Assembly (NCBI GenBank): GCA_963805015.1
Contig: CAWDSL010000012.1
Location: 1,712 to 65,711 of the forward strand
Length of the DNA stretch: 64,000 bases
Direction of reading: 5' to 3'
From: an uncultured bacterium
GTDB taxonomy: Bacteria; Acidobacteriota; Aminicenantia; Aminicenantales; Saccharicenantaceae
Of the stretch, positions 27,861-37,870 are shown in pieces. The position numbers and the translations under genes were made by a program. Under the pieces are notes generated by a model. It ran no database searches. It worked only from the letters and a program-made list of their open reading frames with translations, and was not told the DNA's origin. Within the stretch, counting starts at the first letter, position 1. Each line of letters starts with the position of its first letter.

Positions 27861-28406
27861 CTATTTCTTTATGGCCTCTTTAGGCTTGAGCTCCATGCCG
27901 AGCTGCTGCATCCATCCCATAACGTCAAATTCTTCCTTGGCGTTAGCGATCTTTCCGTCGATGACCTGGCCGATCCACATTCCGCTGGCCTCAACCTTCT
28001 TTCCGGTAGGGGGGATCCCTTGGTACTCTCCGGTATGTGTGCCTCCTGTGACAAATCGCACCATGACCTTGTCGACGTGGGCGACCATTTCTTTGATATC
28101 GTAACGCATATCGGGGAATCCGGCCCAAAGCATCTTGGAGAATCCCTCTTCCTCTTCGCGGGTAAGGCCCTTAGGATTATTCGAAGGGAAGTGCCAGCCG
28201 TAATCGGGAGCATACAGTTCTTGATAAACTCCGGTGTTCTTCTTGTTCAGTTCGTCAAAAACCTTCGTAACAAGGGCCATGTTCTGCTGCTCGATCGCCG
28301 CCTGGGCCTTATACTTTTCCAGCTCCGCCAAGGCCGTCTTGTCCTGGCAAGCGATAGTGAAACAAAACAGAACGATCAACGGAACCGCACAAAGATACTT
28401 TTTCAT
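27861..28406 (-). CDS. SnoaL-like (predicted ester cyclase family) lipoprotein, paralog 1
   Basis: ORF 27861..28421; ATG 28406 is preceded by AAGGAGG. Lipobox FCFTIAC. Family pattern GTHTGEYQGIPPTGKKVE..DGKI..EEFDVMGWMQQLGMELKP. Confidence 0.7.
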   Translation of the reverse strand: MKKYLCAVPLIVLFCFTIACQDKTALAELEKYKAQAAIEQQNMALVTKVFDELNKKNTGVYQELYAPDYGWHFPSNNPKGLTREEEEGFSKMLWAGFPDMRYDIKEMVAHVDKVMVRFVTGGTHTGEYQGIPPTGKKVEASGMWIGQVIDGKIANAKEEFDVMGWMQQLGMELKPKEAIKK

Positions 28407-28436
28407 TTTCCCCTCCTTCATAGCCCGTGCCGAATT

Positions 28437-28976
28437 CTATTTCTTTGCCGCTATCGGCTTAAGCTCCATGCCGAGCTGTTGATACAGGCCCAAGCTATCC
28501 TCAATCACATACGCCCGCTTGATTTTCCCGTTAACGACGACGAAGGAGTATAGGCCCGGCTCTATCACTTTCGTTTCAGTGGGGGGTATTCCTTCGTACG
28601 GAGCTTTATGGGTCCCTTTCTGGACAATCTTCATAACCACGTTGTTCCCTTCTGCGACAGTGTCTTCAATCGTATGCTGCCAATCGGGGAACGCCGAATA
28701 ATGAGCCTTGATGACCTCAATGAGAGTATCGACGTTCACTGGTTCAGGTAAACCCGGCGCACTGAGCGCAAAATCAGCGGCGCCTAGCTCCTTGATCATC
28801 GCGAAATCGTTCCTGTCGATGGCGGCGATTAAATTGCGGGCCACGTCCTTATTCTGGTCCTCAAGCTTTGCCTGGGCTTTGAACTTCTCCAGCTCCGCCA
28901 TTGCCGCCTTGTCCTGGCAGGCGATAGTGAAACAGAACACAAGGACCAACGGAACGACATAAAGGCATTTTTTCAT
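28437..28976 (-). CDS. SnoaL-like lipoprotein, paralog 2
   Basis: A 179-aa ORF with AAGGAGGGGG upstream. It has the same lipobox (FCFTIAC), the block GTHKAPYEGIPPTETKV and the tail QQLGMELKP. Confidence 0.7.
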   Translation of the reverse strand: MKKCLYVVPLVLVFCFTIACQDKAAMAELEKFKAQAKLEDQNKDVARNLIAAIDRNDFAMIKELGAADFALSAPGLPEPVNVDTLIEVIKAHYSAFPDWQHTIEDTVAEGNNVVMKIVQKGTHKAPYEGIPPTETKVIEPGLYSFVVVNGKIKRAYVIEDSLGLYQQLGMELKPIAAKK

Positions 28977-29007
28977 TTTCCCCCTCCTTCATAACCCGCG
29001 CTGATTT

Positions 29008-29558
29008 TTATTTCTTGAGCTCTTTCGGCCTGAGCTCCATGCCGAGCTGCTCAAGTAAGCCCATACCGTCAAACTCTTCCCACATCTCCACGACCTTTCC
29101 ATTCTTGATCCGGAAGACGAGAATTCCACTTCGGCCTTAAACTTGTTCCCAGTCGGCGGGATCCCAAGAAATTCTCCTTGGTGAATTCCGCTCATCACAT
29201 ATCGGCTTGTGACCATGTCTCCATCAGCGCATGGTTCGACCAAGTGGATCGTAAAATCGGAGACACCTCGATGGATCATCTTTATATGCTCTACAAATTC
29301 TGCCAGGGAACGCATAGCAATAGTTGTCGACGGTGTATATTCAATGAAATTCGGAGAGACCAATTCTTCGACAACGGCAAGGTCCGCTGCGCCTATAGCT
29401 GCCATGACACGCCCTACGAGTGCCTTATTCTGCTGCTCGATCGCCGTTTGGGCCCTGTACTCCTCCAGCTCGACGATCGCCGCCTTGTCCCGACAAGCAA
29501 TCGAGTAACATAAGCACAACACGAGCCCCGACAAAGCCAGAAGGGAACCTTTTCTCAT
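29008..29558 (-). CDS. SnoaL-like lipoprotein, paralog 3, frame break near 29125
   Basis: ORF 28989..29558 (lipobox CYSIAC; GIHQGEFLGIPPTGNKFKAEV). The conserved tail ILVFRIKNGKVVEMWEEFDGMGLLEQLGMELRPKELKK* is in another frame, with its stop at 29010..29008. An upstream ATG at 29571 with a better RBS is out of frame across an A-run. Confidence 0.65.
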
Positions 29559-29610
29559 GCTGCTTTTTCATGATCCCCCCTTATTAGAATCTATCAGGAA
29601 CCCGGTCCGT

Positions 29611-31546
29611 TCACACCTCAAAATGCTCCCACTCGTATTTCACCCGCTCCATGAGCTTCTTGAATCGCTCCTCGCCGCGGATGCTTGCCAGAAACGGGTC
29701 GTGTTCCATGAGGAATGGATAGTGAATAAAACCCCAATTGACTGCGTTTTCCATCAATTCGATAGCTGCGCCTGTCTCGCCTAGCAAGGCATAGCTCTCC
29801 GCCAACCAAATGGGGAATCCCTCGTCGTCCCTAACTAAATTCATGAATTCTGGTGTGACCGTTTGAAGAGCTATCTATTTTCTTGTTCTCTAAAGCATAT
29901 CGGTGAAAAGAAGCGAGGCCAGCCCAGACGGTCCCCGGAGCCTTCTTTTCGATAAGGGCCGAAAGATCGTGAGCTTGCCCCAGATGTTGCGCATAACTGA
30001 AAGCCCGAGAGAGCCAGAACTGAATAAAGGGATTTTGCTCATCCATCCGGGTGGCCTTATCGAGCTCCTTGATCCCATCCTCGAATTTGCCGTCAAAGAC
30101 CTCGACACTTCCGCTCAAGAAATAAGTCAGCGAATTCAGCGGGTCGATCTTGAGGAGTATATCTACGAGCTGCCTTGCCTCCGAAATCCTTCCAGAATGG
30201 ACATAGACCCAGGTCAGCCACAATAGAGCATCTGGATGATTCGGATCTATGGCCAGCGATCTCTTGAATTCTCTTACCGCCTGCTGGGGATTCCTTCTTT
30301 TTCTTTGGATCATTCCCCTCAGGTAGTGTCCATAAGCAGATTCGGGATTCAGGGAAAAGACTTTTTGAATGAATTGCTCAGCTTCAACAAGAACACTCTC
30401 ATCCTTTCTAATGCCGGAATCGATGTACATAAGATTTATGGAACTCAAATCTGCATATAGGATTTCGTTATCTCCAATGAGATCGAGTCCCTTCTTGGCA
30501 AGCCGAGAGGCACGCTCCAATCCTTGTTCTGTCGCTTGCCAATATTCATGGCGCGCCATGATATGAAGATTATAGGCTTCAGGGCTGGCGATGGGCCTTG
30601 CGACCATCTGCTTTTTCTCTTCCGGCGTCAGCTTCAGTTTCAGGGCATTGCCAATGGAGCGGGAAACCTTGTCTTGAATATCGAAAATGTCATCAAGAGT
30701 CCCGTCGTACTTTTCGGCCCAGAGATGGGCATCATTCAAGGCATCGATCAGCTGGGCGGTGATCCTCAGGCTGTTCCCCGCCTTGCGTACGCTCCCCTCC
30801 AGAACGTAGCGTACGTTGACGTCTCTCGCGATCTCCGGGATCATCTTCTTCGTGCCCTTGAATGTCATCGCCGAGCTTCGCGAGATGACCAGGAGGCTTC
30901 GGACATGAGACAGGTCGGTGATGATCTCCTCGGTCATGCCGTCGCAGAAGTACTCCTGGTCTTTCTGTGGGCTGAGGTCGGCGAAGGGGAGGACGATGAT
31001 GGATTTATCGGGGACGGCCAGGGTGGGAGCAAGGGGCTCGGCAGCAGCCTTGACGCGCTCTATGGACGATGAGGACGGGGCAGCCGCCCATTGCGACAGC
31101 TTGAGGATCATCCAGACGATCCCCAGACTCAGGGCGACGATCCCGATCAACAGCGCCTTGCCGGTGATGCCCGCGATCTGGAGGACGAGGTTCAGATCTG
31201 TGGCGGCGGTGGCCAGAATGATAAGGGGGACCAGGAGGACCTCGATCTTGACGTTTCCCGGCCGTTTCTCCGAGCTCCGGAACCATCGCCAGACCAGGGT
31301 CGCGAGGAGAGCCCCGATGACCGAAACGACCGTGATATCGATCGCCTCGTCAGGGAACTTGTAGTGGCCGACAAGGAGCCGCTCGACGACCTCGACGAGC
31401 AGCCAGCCGCCTGCGATGAACGCGGCCAGGGTCTCGATAATACGGCGCCGTCTGAGCTTGGTGAGAATAGCCCTGAGCCCGGATCCCTTGACCTCGGGGA
31501 GCGCATCGGGGCTCCGCAGAGGTGTCTTCCCCTCGCCTTCCGGCAT
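29611..31546 (-). CDS. membrane protein with TolB-N/FlgO-like domain and TPR repeats, frame break near 29878
   Basis: ORF 29831..31546 has TM helices, then KSIIVLPFADLSPQKDQEYFCDGMTEEIITDL.. and TPR-like repeats. It continues as ..IALQTVTPEFMNLVRDDEGFPIWLAESYALLGE.. in ORF 29611..29844. The junction is at a T4 run (29878-29881). Confidence 0.7.
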
Positions 31547-31660
31547 TCCTGATACCCCTTTCTTCTCAGGAAACTGACGTTTGAGGCGTTTCCAGGACTA
31601 TAACCCAATGCCGGAGCCATTTCAATAAGAGCTGACTTCGAAACATGGGGCCTTCGTTCC

Positions 31661-31689
31661 TTGACACTGTTCTCATCGCGGGCTACCAT
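31661..31689 (+). promoter_or_regulatory. predicted sigma70-type promoter
   Basis: TTGACA (31661..31666), a 17-nt spacer, then TACCAT (31684..31689). GGGAGG lies at 31702..31707 and the ATG at 31713. Confidence 0.5.
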
Positions 31690-31712
31690 CAATCCGCCTG
31701 AGGGAGGACAGA

Positions 31713-32627
31713 ATGAACAAAGCCGGTCTTTCGGTCTCAGTTCTAGCCGCGGCATTTCTTCTCGCCGCCATCTCCCCGGCGCCGGGCGCGGCCCCGTCCT
31801 CGCCTTCCAAGACGGGTCCGGAGGGCTTGCCCCAGAGCGATCCGAGCGAGGCCGACCTGGCCCGCTGGGATAAGCAGCTCACGCTGCCGCCCCACGTCGC
31901 GGCACGTCTCGACTGGGCGCGCAGGTCCTTCGTCCCCTCGGGCTACCGGAAGCTCGAAAGCCTGGCCCAGCGCCAAGGCCTCCGCCATCGCCGCGGGGAA
32001 GGACTTCGCGACCTTGGAGAAGGAAACGGCCTCGGACCGCATCTTCAGCGCCGCCGGGATCTCCGGCATGGATGCTTCGGAAGCCGCCTTTCTCGTCCTG
32101 GCCATGGCCACGAAGGACATGGACGACGACCTCCGTATGATCATGGCCGAGATCAAGGCCGCCAATGCCGCCAAGAAGAAGCTCCGCGACCTGATCAAAG
32201 ACCTCAACGATTGGATCTCCGAGGCGATGGCCAAGGCCGGCGACCGCTCCAAGTCCTCCGACATCGACAATCCAAGGTCTCCGGGAAGCCACCGGCCACG
32301 GCGGCGAGGACTCAGCCCGCGAGAGTCCCTCCGATCCGTTCCGCCGCCCTCCAGAAGGCCTCTTCTCCTGTCATCCACCTCGAATACGTCAAGGCCCCCG
32401 CGATCCGGCCGCTTCCGCCCAGGAATGCGGACGTCTCCGTGTCGAGCCTGAAGGCCCTTCTCGACGAGAACAAGGACCGGCTCGACAGCCTGAACGAGCT
32501 CTCTGAGATGACCATGCTGCGGCTCCAGAAGACCATGGACCGGCGCTCGAAGTTCATCTCGACTCTCTCCCAGATGATGAAGAAAACGAGCACAACGCAG
32601 GACACCCTGGTCCAGAACATCAAGTGA
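31713..32627 (+). CDS. secreted hypothetical protein with T3SS-needle-like C-terminal helix, 2 frame breaks
   Basis: Signal peptide MNKAGLSVSVLAAAFLLAAISPAPGA. The middle part (AIAAGKDFATLEKETASDRIF..DMDDDLRMIMAEIKAANAAKKKLRDLI..) is in the frame of ORF 32014..32451. Frame switches fall near 31970 and 32270. The C-terminus is ..LNELSEMTMLRLQKTMDRRSKFISTLSQMMKKTSTTQDTLVQNIK. Confidence 0.6.
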   Translation: MNKAGLSVSVLAAAFLLAAISPAPGAAPSSPSKTGPEGLPQSDPSEADLARWDKQLTLPPHVAARLDWARRSFVPSGYRKLESLAQRQGLRHRRGEGLRDLGEGNGLGPHLQRRRDLRHGCFGSRLSRPGHGHEGHGRRPPYDHGRDQGRQCRQEEAPRPDQRPQRLDLRGDGQGRRPLQVLRHRQSKVSGKPPATAARTQPARVPPIRSAALQKASSPVIHLEYVKAPAIRPLPPRNADVSVSSLKALLDENKDRLDSLNELSEMTMLRLQKTMDRRSKFISTLSQMMKKTSTTQDTLVQNIK

Positions 32628-32943
32628 ACCGGTCAGGCCGAGAACCACGGCCCGCGGGAGGGTGAAGAATCCGGTGATACCTCCGGACTTCAAAACCCCG
32701 TTATGGGGAATCCGGCGCCTACGGCTTCTCCCCTGTTGGATTGTAACTTATTTGTTTTTCTTGCGTTAACCGATCTTGATGGTTGAATCACGTTTACGTT
32801 AGACTGAGCCATTTTGTGCATTTGTAAACACAATCACTGCCCATATTCGCCAGGGGCATAATGAACTCCAAGTAGACTGCTTTCACGCCGGGCTGATCTA
32901 GCCTTGCGCAGGCACCGAAGGCATAAGGATGTCCGGGCCCGCG

Positions 32944-32972
32944 TTGACATTTGCCGGCTCTGCGCGGAGAAT
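32944..32972 (+). promoter_or_regulatory. predicted sigma70-type promoter of the M16 peptidase operon
   Basis: TTGACA (32944..32949), a 17-nt spacer, then GAGAAT (32967..32972). The ATG is at 32995. Confidence 0.4.
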
Positions 32973-32994
32973 GAAGGATTGAAGGGTGGTGTTC

Positions 32995-34503
32995 ATGAAA
33001 AGCAACCGATGGATTAGCCTGTCTGGCATCTTGTTGGCTCTTGCCTTCGCGTTCGGCCCAGCCCTCCTGGCGGCCCAAAGCCTGGAGGAAAAGGTCACAG
33101 CGCACACCCTCAAGAACGGCATGACTGTCCTCTTCGCCGAGCGCCACGGCGCGCCGGTCTTCAGCACCTTGTACGGGTTCAAGGTCGGGTCGGCCGACGA
33201 ATACCCCGGCATCACAGGGACCGCCCACCTCTTCGAGCACATGGCGTTCAAGGGCACGCCGAGGATTGGCACCAAAGACTACGGGAAAGAAAAAGTCCTC
33301 ATGGACAAGATCGCCCAAATCGGCCGGGAATGGAGCATTGAGCTGGCCAAGGGCGAGCAGGGCGACAAGGAAAAGATCGCTCGCCTGCGGGCCGAGCTCA
33401 CCAACCTCGAAGGTGAGCAAAACACCCTTATCGTCAAGGACGAGATCGACTACATCTACAGCAACGCCGGCGGCACCGGCCTCAACGCGGGGACCGGCAC
33501 AGATCTGACGATGTATCTGATCAGCCTGCCGGCCAACCGGTTCGAGCTCTTCTGCCTCATAGAATCCGAGCGCATCCGGAACGCGGTCCTACGTGAGTTC
33601 TACGTCGAGCGGAGCGTCATCCAAGAGGAGCGCAAGCAGACGACCGATGCGGTCCCGACTCAGCTTCTCAGCGAGATGTTCATGGGCGCGGCTTTTATCG
33701 CCCACCCCTACAAAAATCCTGTCGTCGGCTGGGCCTCGGATATCAACTCGGTCACTCTCGAGGAGGCCCAGGCCTTCAAGCAAAGGTACTATACGCCGAA
33801 CAACTGCGTCTTGGCCATCGTCGGGGACATCCATCCGGAGACGGCCATCCCGCTCGTCGATAAATACTTCGGCGACATCCCCCGCGGCGACGACCCCCCG
33901 GTCTTCCGGACGGTCGAGCCCAAACAGCTCGGCGAGCGCCAGGTCCGCTTCGAGTTCGACGCCGAGCCCCAGCTGATGATGGGCTACCACAAGCCGAACT
34001 TCCCGTCGAAAGAGGACGCCGCAGCCAACGTCCTAGCCTATATCCTGACGAGGGGCCGGACATCACGCATCTACAAGGACCTCATCCAGGACAAACAACT
34101 CGCCGTTTCGGTGTCCGCCCTCCCTGCGTTCCCCGGCGATCGCTATCCGAACCTTTTCGGCTTCAACGCCGCACCTCGGTTCCCCCACACTGTCGAGGAA
34201 GTCGAGAAGGGTATCCTCGAGCACGTCGAGAGGGTCAAGACCGAGCCGGTCTCGGAGCGGGAGCTCCAAAAGGTCAAGAACAATATCGACGCCCAGAATA
34301 TCCGCTCGATGAGCTCGAACTTCGGCATCGCCATGACTCTCGTGGAGAACCAGCTGCTGTTCGGCGACTGGAAGCTGTTCAGGACATATCGGGAGCTCAT
34401 CGCGGCGGTCACGGCGGCCGACGTCATGAACTTCGCCAAGACCTATCTCACGCCGGAAAACCGGACCGTGGCCTACCTTGTCAAGAAGGCCAAGGCGTCC
34501 TGA
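32995..34503 (+). CDS. M16-family zinc metallopeptidase (active subunit, HxxEH)
   Basis: ORF 32986..34503, with ATG at 32995. Signal peptide present. Inverted zinc motif in GTAHLFEHMAFKGT. Confidence 0.85.
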   Translation: MKSNRWISLSGILLALAFAFGPALLAAQSLEEKVTAHTLKNGMTVLFAERHGAPVFSTLYGFKVGSADEYPGITGTAHLFEHMAFKGTPRIGTKDYGKEKVLMDKIAQIGREWSIELAKGEQGDKEKIARLRAELTNLEGEQNTLIVKDEIDYIYSNAGGTGLNAGTGTDLTMYLISLPANRFELFCLIESERIRNAVLREFYVERSVIQEERKQTTDAVPTQLLSEMFMGAAFIAHPYKNPVVGWASDINSVTLEEAQAFKQRYYTPNNCVLAIVGDIHPETAIPLVDKYFGDIPRGDDPPVFRTVEPKQLGERQVRFEFDAEPQLMMGYHKPNFPSKEDAAANVLAYILTRGRTSRIYKDLIQDKQLAVSVSALPAFPGDRYPNLFGFNAAPRFPHTVEEVEKGILEHVERVKTEPVSERELQKVKNNIDAQNIRSMSSNFGIAMTLVENQLLFGDWKLFRTYRELIAAVTAADVMNFAKTYLTPENRTVAYLVKKAKAS

Positions 34504-34519
34504 GGAAGGAGGAACGACC

Positions 34520-35971
34520 ATGAAACGTACCGCAACACAAGTCATCACGGCCGCTGCGTTCGCCCTCCTCATCCTGGCCCTGCCCGTTCTCGGCCAGAGG
34601 CACCCCAGCGAGCTTTCGACTCCCCCTCCCCTGTCGTTCAAGATGCCGAAGCCCGTCATGTTCACCCTGGCCAACGGCGTCCGCGTCGCCTATATCCAGG
34701 ACAACGAGTTGCCTCTTGTCTGGGTGCTCGGCTACTTCAATGGCGGCTCCCTCTTCGAACCAGGCGACAAAGCCGGGCTGGCCCAGATTACAGCTACCGT
34801 GCTACGGACCGGAGGAACGAAGACCAGCAACGGCGACCAGATCAACGAAGAGCTCGAGTTCATCGCGGCCACGATCGAGGCCAGGGGCGGCGCCGAGTTC
34901 ATGACCGTGACCGGCAGTGCCCTTAAAAAGGACTTCGCCAAGCTCATGGAGGTCTACGCCGACCTGATCATAAACCCGGCCTTCCCGCAAGATAAGCTCG
35001 ACCTGGCACGAAACCAGTCTCTGGAGGCCATGCGCCGGCAATGGGACCGGCCTACCCAGGTCTCCAAAATGCTCTTTCAGGAAAAGCTCTACGGCGCTGA
35101 CTCCCCCTACGGCCGGCGCGCGACGCCGGCTACACTCACGGCCATCGTCCGCGAAGACCTGGCAGCCCTGCACAAACGCTTCTTCTCCCCCTCCAACCTC
35201 ATGCTCGGAATCGCCGGCGACGTCTCCGCCGACGAGGTCAAAGCGACCCTCAACCGGGTCTTCAAGGGCTGGGCCAAGACTAAGATCAACCTGCCCGAGC
35301 CTGCGCCATTGACGGAGCGGGCCGATGGGACGATCTATTACGCCTACAAGGACACGCCCCAAGCCAACATGTATCTCGGCCACCTAGGCGTCCGCCGCAA
35401 CACCCCCGACCAATACAAACTCGAAGTCCTGAACAACATCTTCGGGGGCGGCGGATTCACAGCCCGATTGATGAAAGAACTCCGCTCCAACCGCGGCCTG
35501 ACCTACGGCATCTACGGGGGGATTATGGACGGCCGGGACCGCGGACAGTTCATGGTCACCTCCCAGCTGAAGGCGTCCCAGTTCGTCGAGGCCCTCGGGA
35601 TCATCAAGGGCATCATCCGCGACCTCCAAACGAACCTGGTATCCGACGAGGAGATCGAGACGGCCAAGAACTCCATCATCAACAGCTTCGTCTTCAACTT
35701 CGAACAGAAGAACCAGGTAATGTCCCAGGTTATGACTCTCAAGCTCCAGGGCTTCGCCGACAACTATCTCGACACTTACATCGACAACATCCGTAAGGTC
35801 ACAAAGCAGGACCTCCTCGACGCCGCCAAGCGGTACATGGATCCTGACAAGATGATCATTGTGGTCGTCGGCGACGAGAAGCGCTTCGATAAACCGCTAG
35901 CGAGCCTCGGCACAGTGAGATCGATCGACCTCAAGGCTCTCCTGGAGGCGGAGCGAGGGCCTCAAAAGTAG
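34520..35971 (+). CDS. M16-family peptidase-like protein (no HxxEH, probable non-catalytic partner)
   Basis: In ORF 34478..35971; ATG 34520 is preceded by GGAAGGAGG. Signal peptide present. M16 C-terminal-type domains, but I see no HxxEH motif. Confidence 0.8.
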   Translation: MKRTATQVITAAAFALLILALPVLGQRHPSELSTPPPLSFKMPKPVMFTLANGVRVAYIQDNELPLVWVLGYFNGGSLFEPGDKAGLAQITATVLRTGGTKTSNGDQINEELEFIAATIEARGGAEFMTVTGSALKKDFAKLMEVYADLIINPAFPQDKLDLARNQSLEAMRRQWDRPTQVSKMLFQEKLYGADSPYGRRATPATLTAIVREDLAALHKRFFSPSNLMLGIAGDVSADEVKATLNRVFKGWAKTKINLPEPAPLTERADGTIYYAYKDTPQANMYLGHLGVRRNTPDQYKLEVLNNIFGGGGFTARLMKELRSNRGLTYGIYGGIMDGRDRGQFMVTSQLKASQFVEALGIIKGIIRDLQTNLVSDEEIETAKNSIINSFVFNFEQKNQVMSQVMTLKLQGFADNYLDTYIDNIRKVTKQDLLDAAKRYMDPDKMIIVVVGDEKRFDKPLASLGTVRSIDLKALLEAERGPQK

Positions 35972-36024
35972 GCCCTTACGTGAAATTGAATACTCGGCTC
36001 AATACAGTCGCGACGGCCCCTTAC

Positions 36025-37080
36025 TCACCGAGCCGGTCTCCACAGCGGAGAATAATCGACACCTGGAACATTTGTGAGCCGCTTGACATGACTCCCGTCC
36101 GCATTCATGACGTGGATCTCCTCATCGCCTCCATGCGGCGAGTCGCCTGAACCCGGAACGACGCGCACAAAAGCGATACGTTGCCCGTCCGGTGCCCATT
36201 GCGGGACGAAATCCCAGGCTGGATCGCGGGTGAGGTTCGCCTCTCCGGTCCCGTCTGCATATAGCACATAGACCTCTCGCGGTCGTCCCCGTTCGAACAT
36301 GATCTTCCTGCCGTCGGGCGACCAAGTGGGGCCACGGTCCTCATCGGCGTTGTGCGTGAGGTTCGTCTGTCCCGAGCCGTCAGAATTCATGACATAGATC
36401 TCGAAATTCCCGTCCCGTTGGCTCTCGAAAGCTATTTTGCGGCCATCGGGAGACCACACCGGCAAGCCATCGAAGGCGCTGTTATAAGTGGTCCTGGTCT
36501 GCTCGGCCCCGTCGGATCTCATGATCCATATTTCGAGCCTGCCGGAAATCTCTTGTTCTCCCTCCCAACTTCTCACGAACGCGATCCTCTTGCCGTCCGG
36601 AGCCCAACGCGGTGTGGCATCGATGCCGGGATCATTCGTGAGCCGGCGTTTATTCCCTCCGTCCGCATTCATGACATAGAGATCGATGTTGCCGTTTCCG
36701 GAATCCATATAGGCGATCTTGGTTCCGTCCGGCGACCACACGGGGGAGAAGCTCTCGGACGGACCTGCGGTGAGTCTTGCTTTCCGGGTTCCATCCGCGT
36801 TCATGACCACGATCCCTCGGATTCCCGCCAGAACGTTTACGAACGCGATCCTCTTTCCGTCGGGGGACCAGGCCAGGTCGCCGTCCCATTCCTTATTATC
36901 GGTGAGGGCAAGCTGGCCGCTGCCGTCTGAATTCATGATATAGATCTCTGTGTCGCCGTCTCGCCTGCTGACAAAAGCGAGCTGAGGCTCGCCCGTATTC
37001 TTGCAGGAGATCTCTCCGCAGAGGCAGGCCGCGACGAGGATGACGAGCAGACGCACTCGAGTTCTCAGGCACCAGGTCAT
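36025..37080 (-). CDS. TolB-like beta-propeller lipoprotein (PD40/WD40-like repeats)
   Basis: ORF 36025..37191. Start taken at ATG 37080 ([26 protein letters not shown]). Contains six or more DGxxIAFxSxRDGxxEIYVMNxDGSG-type repeats. Confidence 0.8.
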   Translation of the reverse strand: MTWCLRTRVRLLVILVAACLCGEISCKNTGEPQLAFVSRRDGDTEIYIMNSDGSGQLALTDNKEWDGDLAWSPDGKRIAFVNVLAGIRGIVVMNADGTRKARLTAGPSESFSPVWSPDGTKIAYMDSGNGNIDLYVMNADGGNKRRLTNDPGIDATPRWAPDGKRIAFVRSWEGEQEISGRLEIWIMRSDGAEQTRTTYNSAFDGLPVWSPDGRKIAFESQRDGNFEIYVMNSDGSGQTNLTHNADEDRGPTWSPDGRKIMFERGRPREVYVLYADGTGEANLTRDPAWDFVPQWAPDGQRIAFVRVVPGSGDSPHGGDEEIHVMNADGSHVKRLTNVPGVDYSPLWRPAR

Positions 37081-37222
37081 CGCCAGAAAGCCCTTTCGTT
37101 CCCGATCGGATGATAGGACGGAACATGGCTTCGCGTCAATCATCCGAGCTTGTTCTCGCCTTGACACCCTTTCGAGACGAGATTCCATCATTCAACCCGA
37201 GGGCGGGATCGAGACAGGAGGG

Positions 37223-37870
37223 CTACTGAACGGGCGGGAGCTCGGCCAGGACGGCGTCGAGCCGCTCGGCCGAGCCGTAGCTCTGGGTCCAGCGGGCCCG
37301 GAGCTTGGCGGGATATGAGGGATCGCGGGCAAGCCTGGCCCTATAGAGCCCGGCCGCGTACGCCTTCTCGGCCTCCTCGAGGGTCGGCCACCACGAGAAG
37401 TAGAGGAAGGCGACGTTGAGGTTCATCGTCTCGTCGGCCGGCTTGAGGCCGAGCGCCTCCCGGAAGTACGACTTGGCCCGGTCCTGGAAGGTCATCAGGG
37501 GGTAATTGTAGAGGAGATAGGCCAGCCCCGTTTCGTAGTGGACGGCGGCGTCGATGGGATTGGCGGCGATGGCCCGTCCGTAGCGGGCCACGGCCTTGTC
37601 GCAGAAGCCGTCGCGCTCCTCGTCGCGGCCCGCGTCGTTCGAGACCCGGGCCATCTCCAGGTAGAGGCGGGCCATCTCGGCCTCGAAAACGGCGCGGGGC
37701 GAAGCGGCGGACGCCCGCGAAAGGCGGGACTCGAGGGCCGGGAAAGCGCTCTCGACGCTGCGGGCCCGGGCGCGCTCCGCCCGGTAGGCGGCCAGATGCC
37801 GGAAGCCGATGAAGTCGCGGACGGCCGGGACGAAGAGGACGGCGGCCAGGATCAGGGCTCCGATCAGCCT
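37223..37870 (-). CDS. TM + TPR-like domain; separate gene or C-terminal part of the upstream Wzy-like protein
   Basis: The frame of ORF 37223..37675 stays open upstream to TAA 37873..37871 (..LIGALILAAVLFVPAVRDFIGFRHLAAYRAERARARS..EAEMARLYLEMARV..). There is no ATG/GTG near its 5' end, so it is probably joined to the 37871..39471 gene by a frame break. Confidence 0.5.
   Translation of the reverse strand, partial: RLIGALILAAVLFVPAVRDFIGFRHLAAYRAERARARSVESAFPALESRLSRASAASPRAVFEAEMARLYLEMARVSNDAGRDEERDGFCDKAVARYGRAIAANPIDAAVHYETGLAYLLYNYPLMTFQDRAKSYFREALGLKPADETMNLNVAFLYFSWWPTLEEAEKAYAAGLYRARLARDPSYPAKLRARWTQSYGSAERLDAVLAELPPVQ

Noticed and set aside
32703-32786. A 27-codon ORF (MGNPAPTASPLLDCNLFVFLALTDLDG) upstream of the M16 peptidase pair, considered as a possible RiPP precursor.
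   Set aside because: It has no RBS, lies upstream of the predicted operon promoter, has no recognisable leader or core features, and is not supported by anything else in the sequence.
31713-36000. A type III secretion locus around the needle-like protein.
   Set aside because: The neighbouring genes are M16 peptidases and a TPR protein, and I recognised no sct/ysc/fli components anywhere in the 64 kb. The similarity is confined to one helix, so it is reported only as a weak observation.
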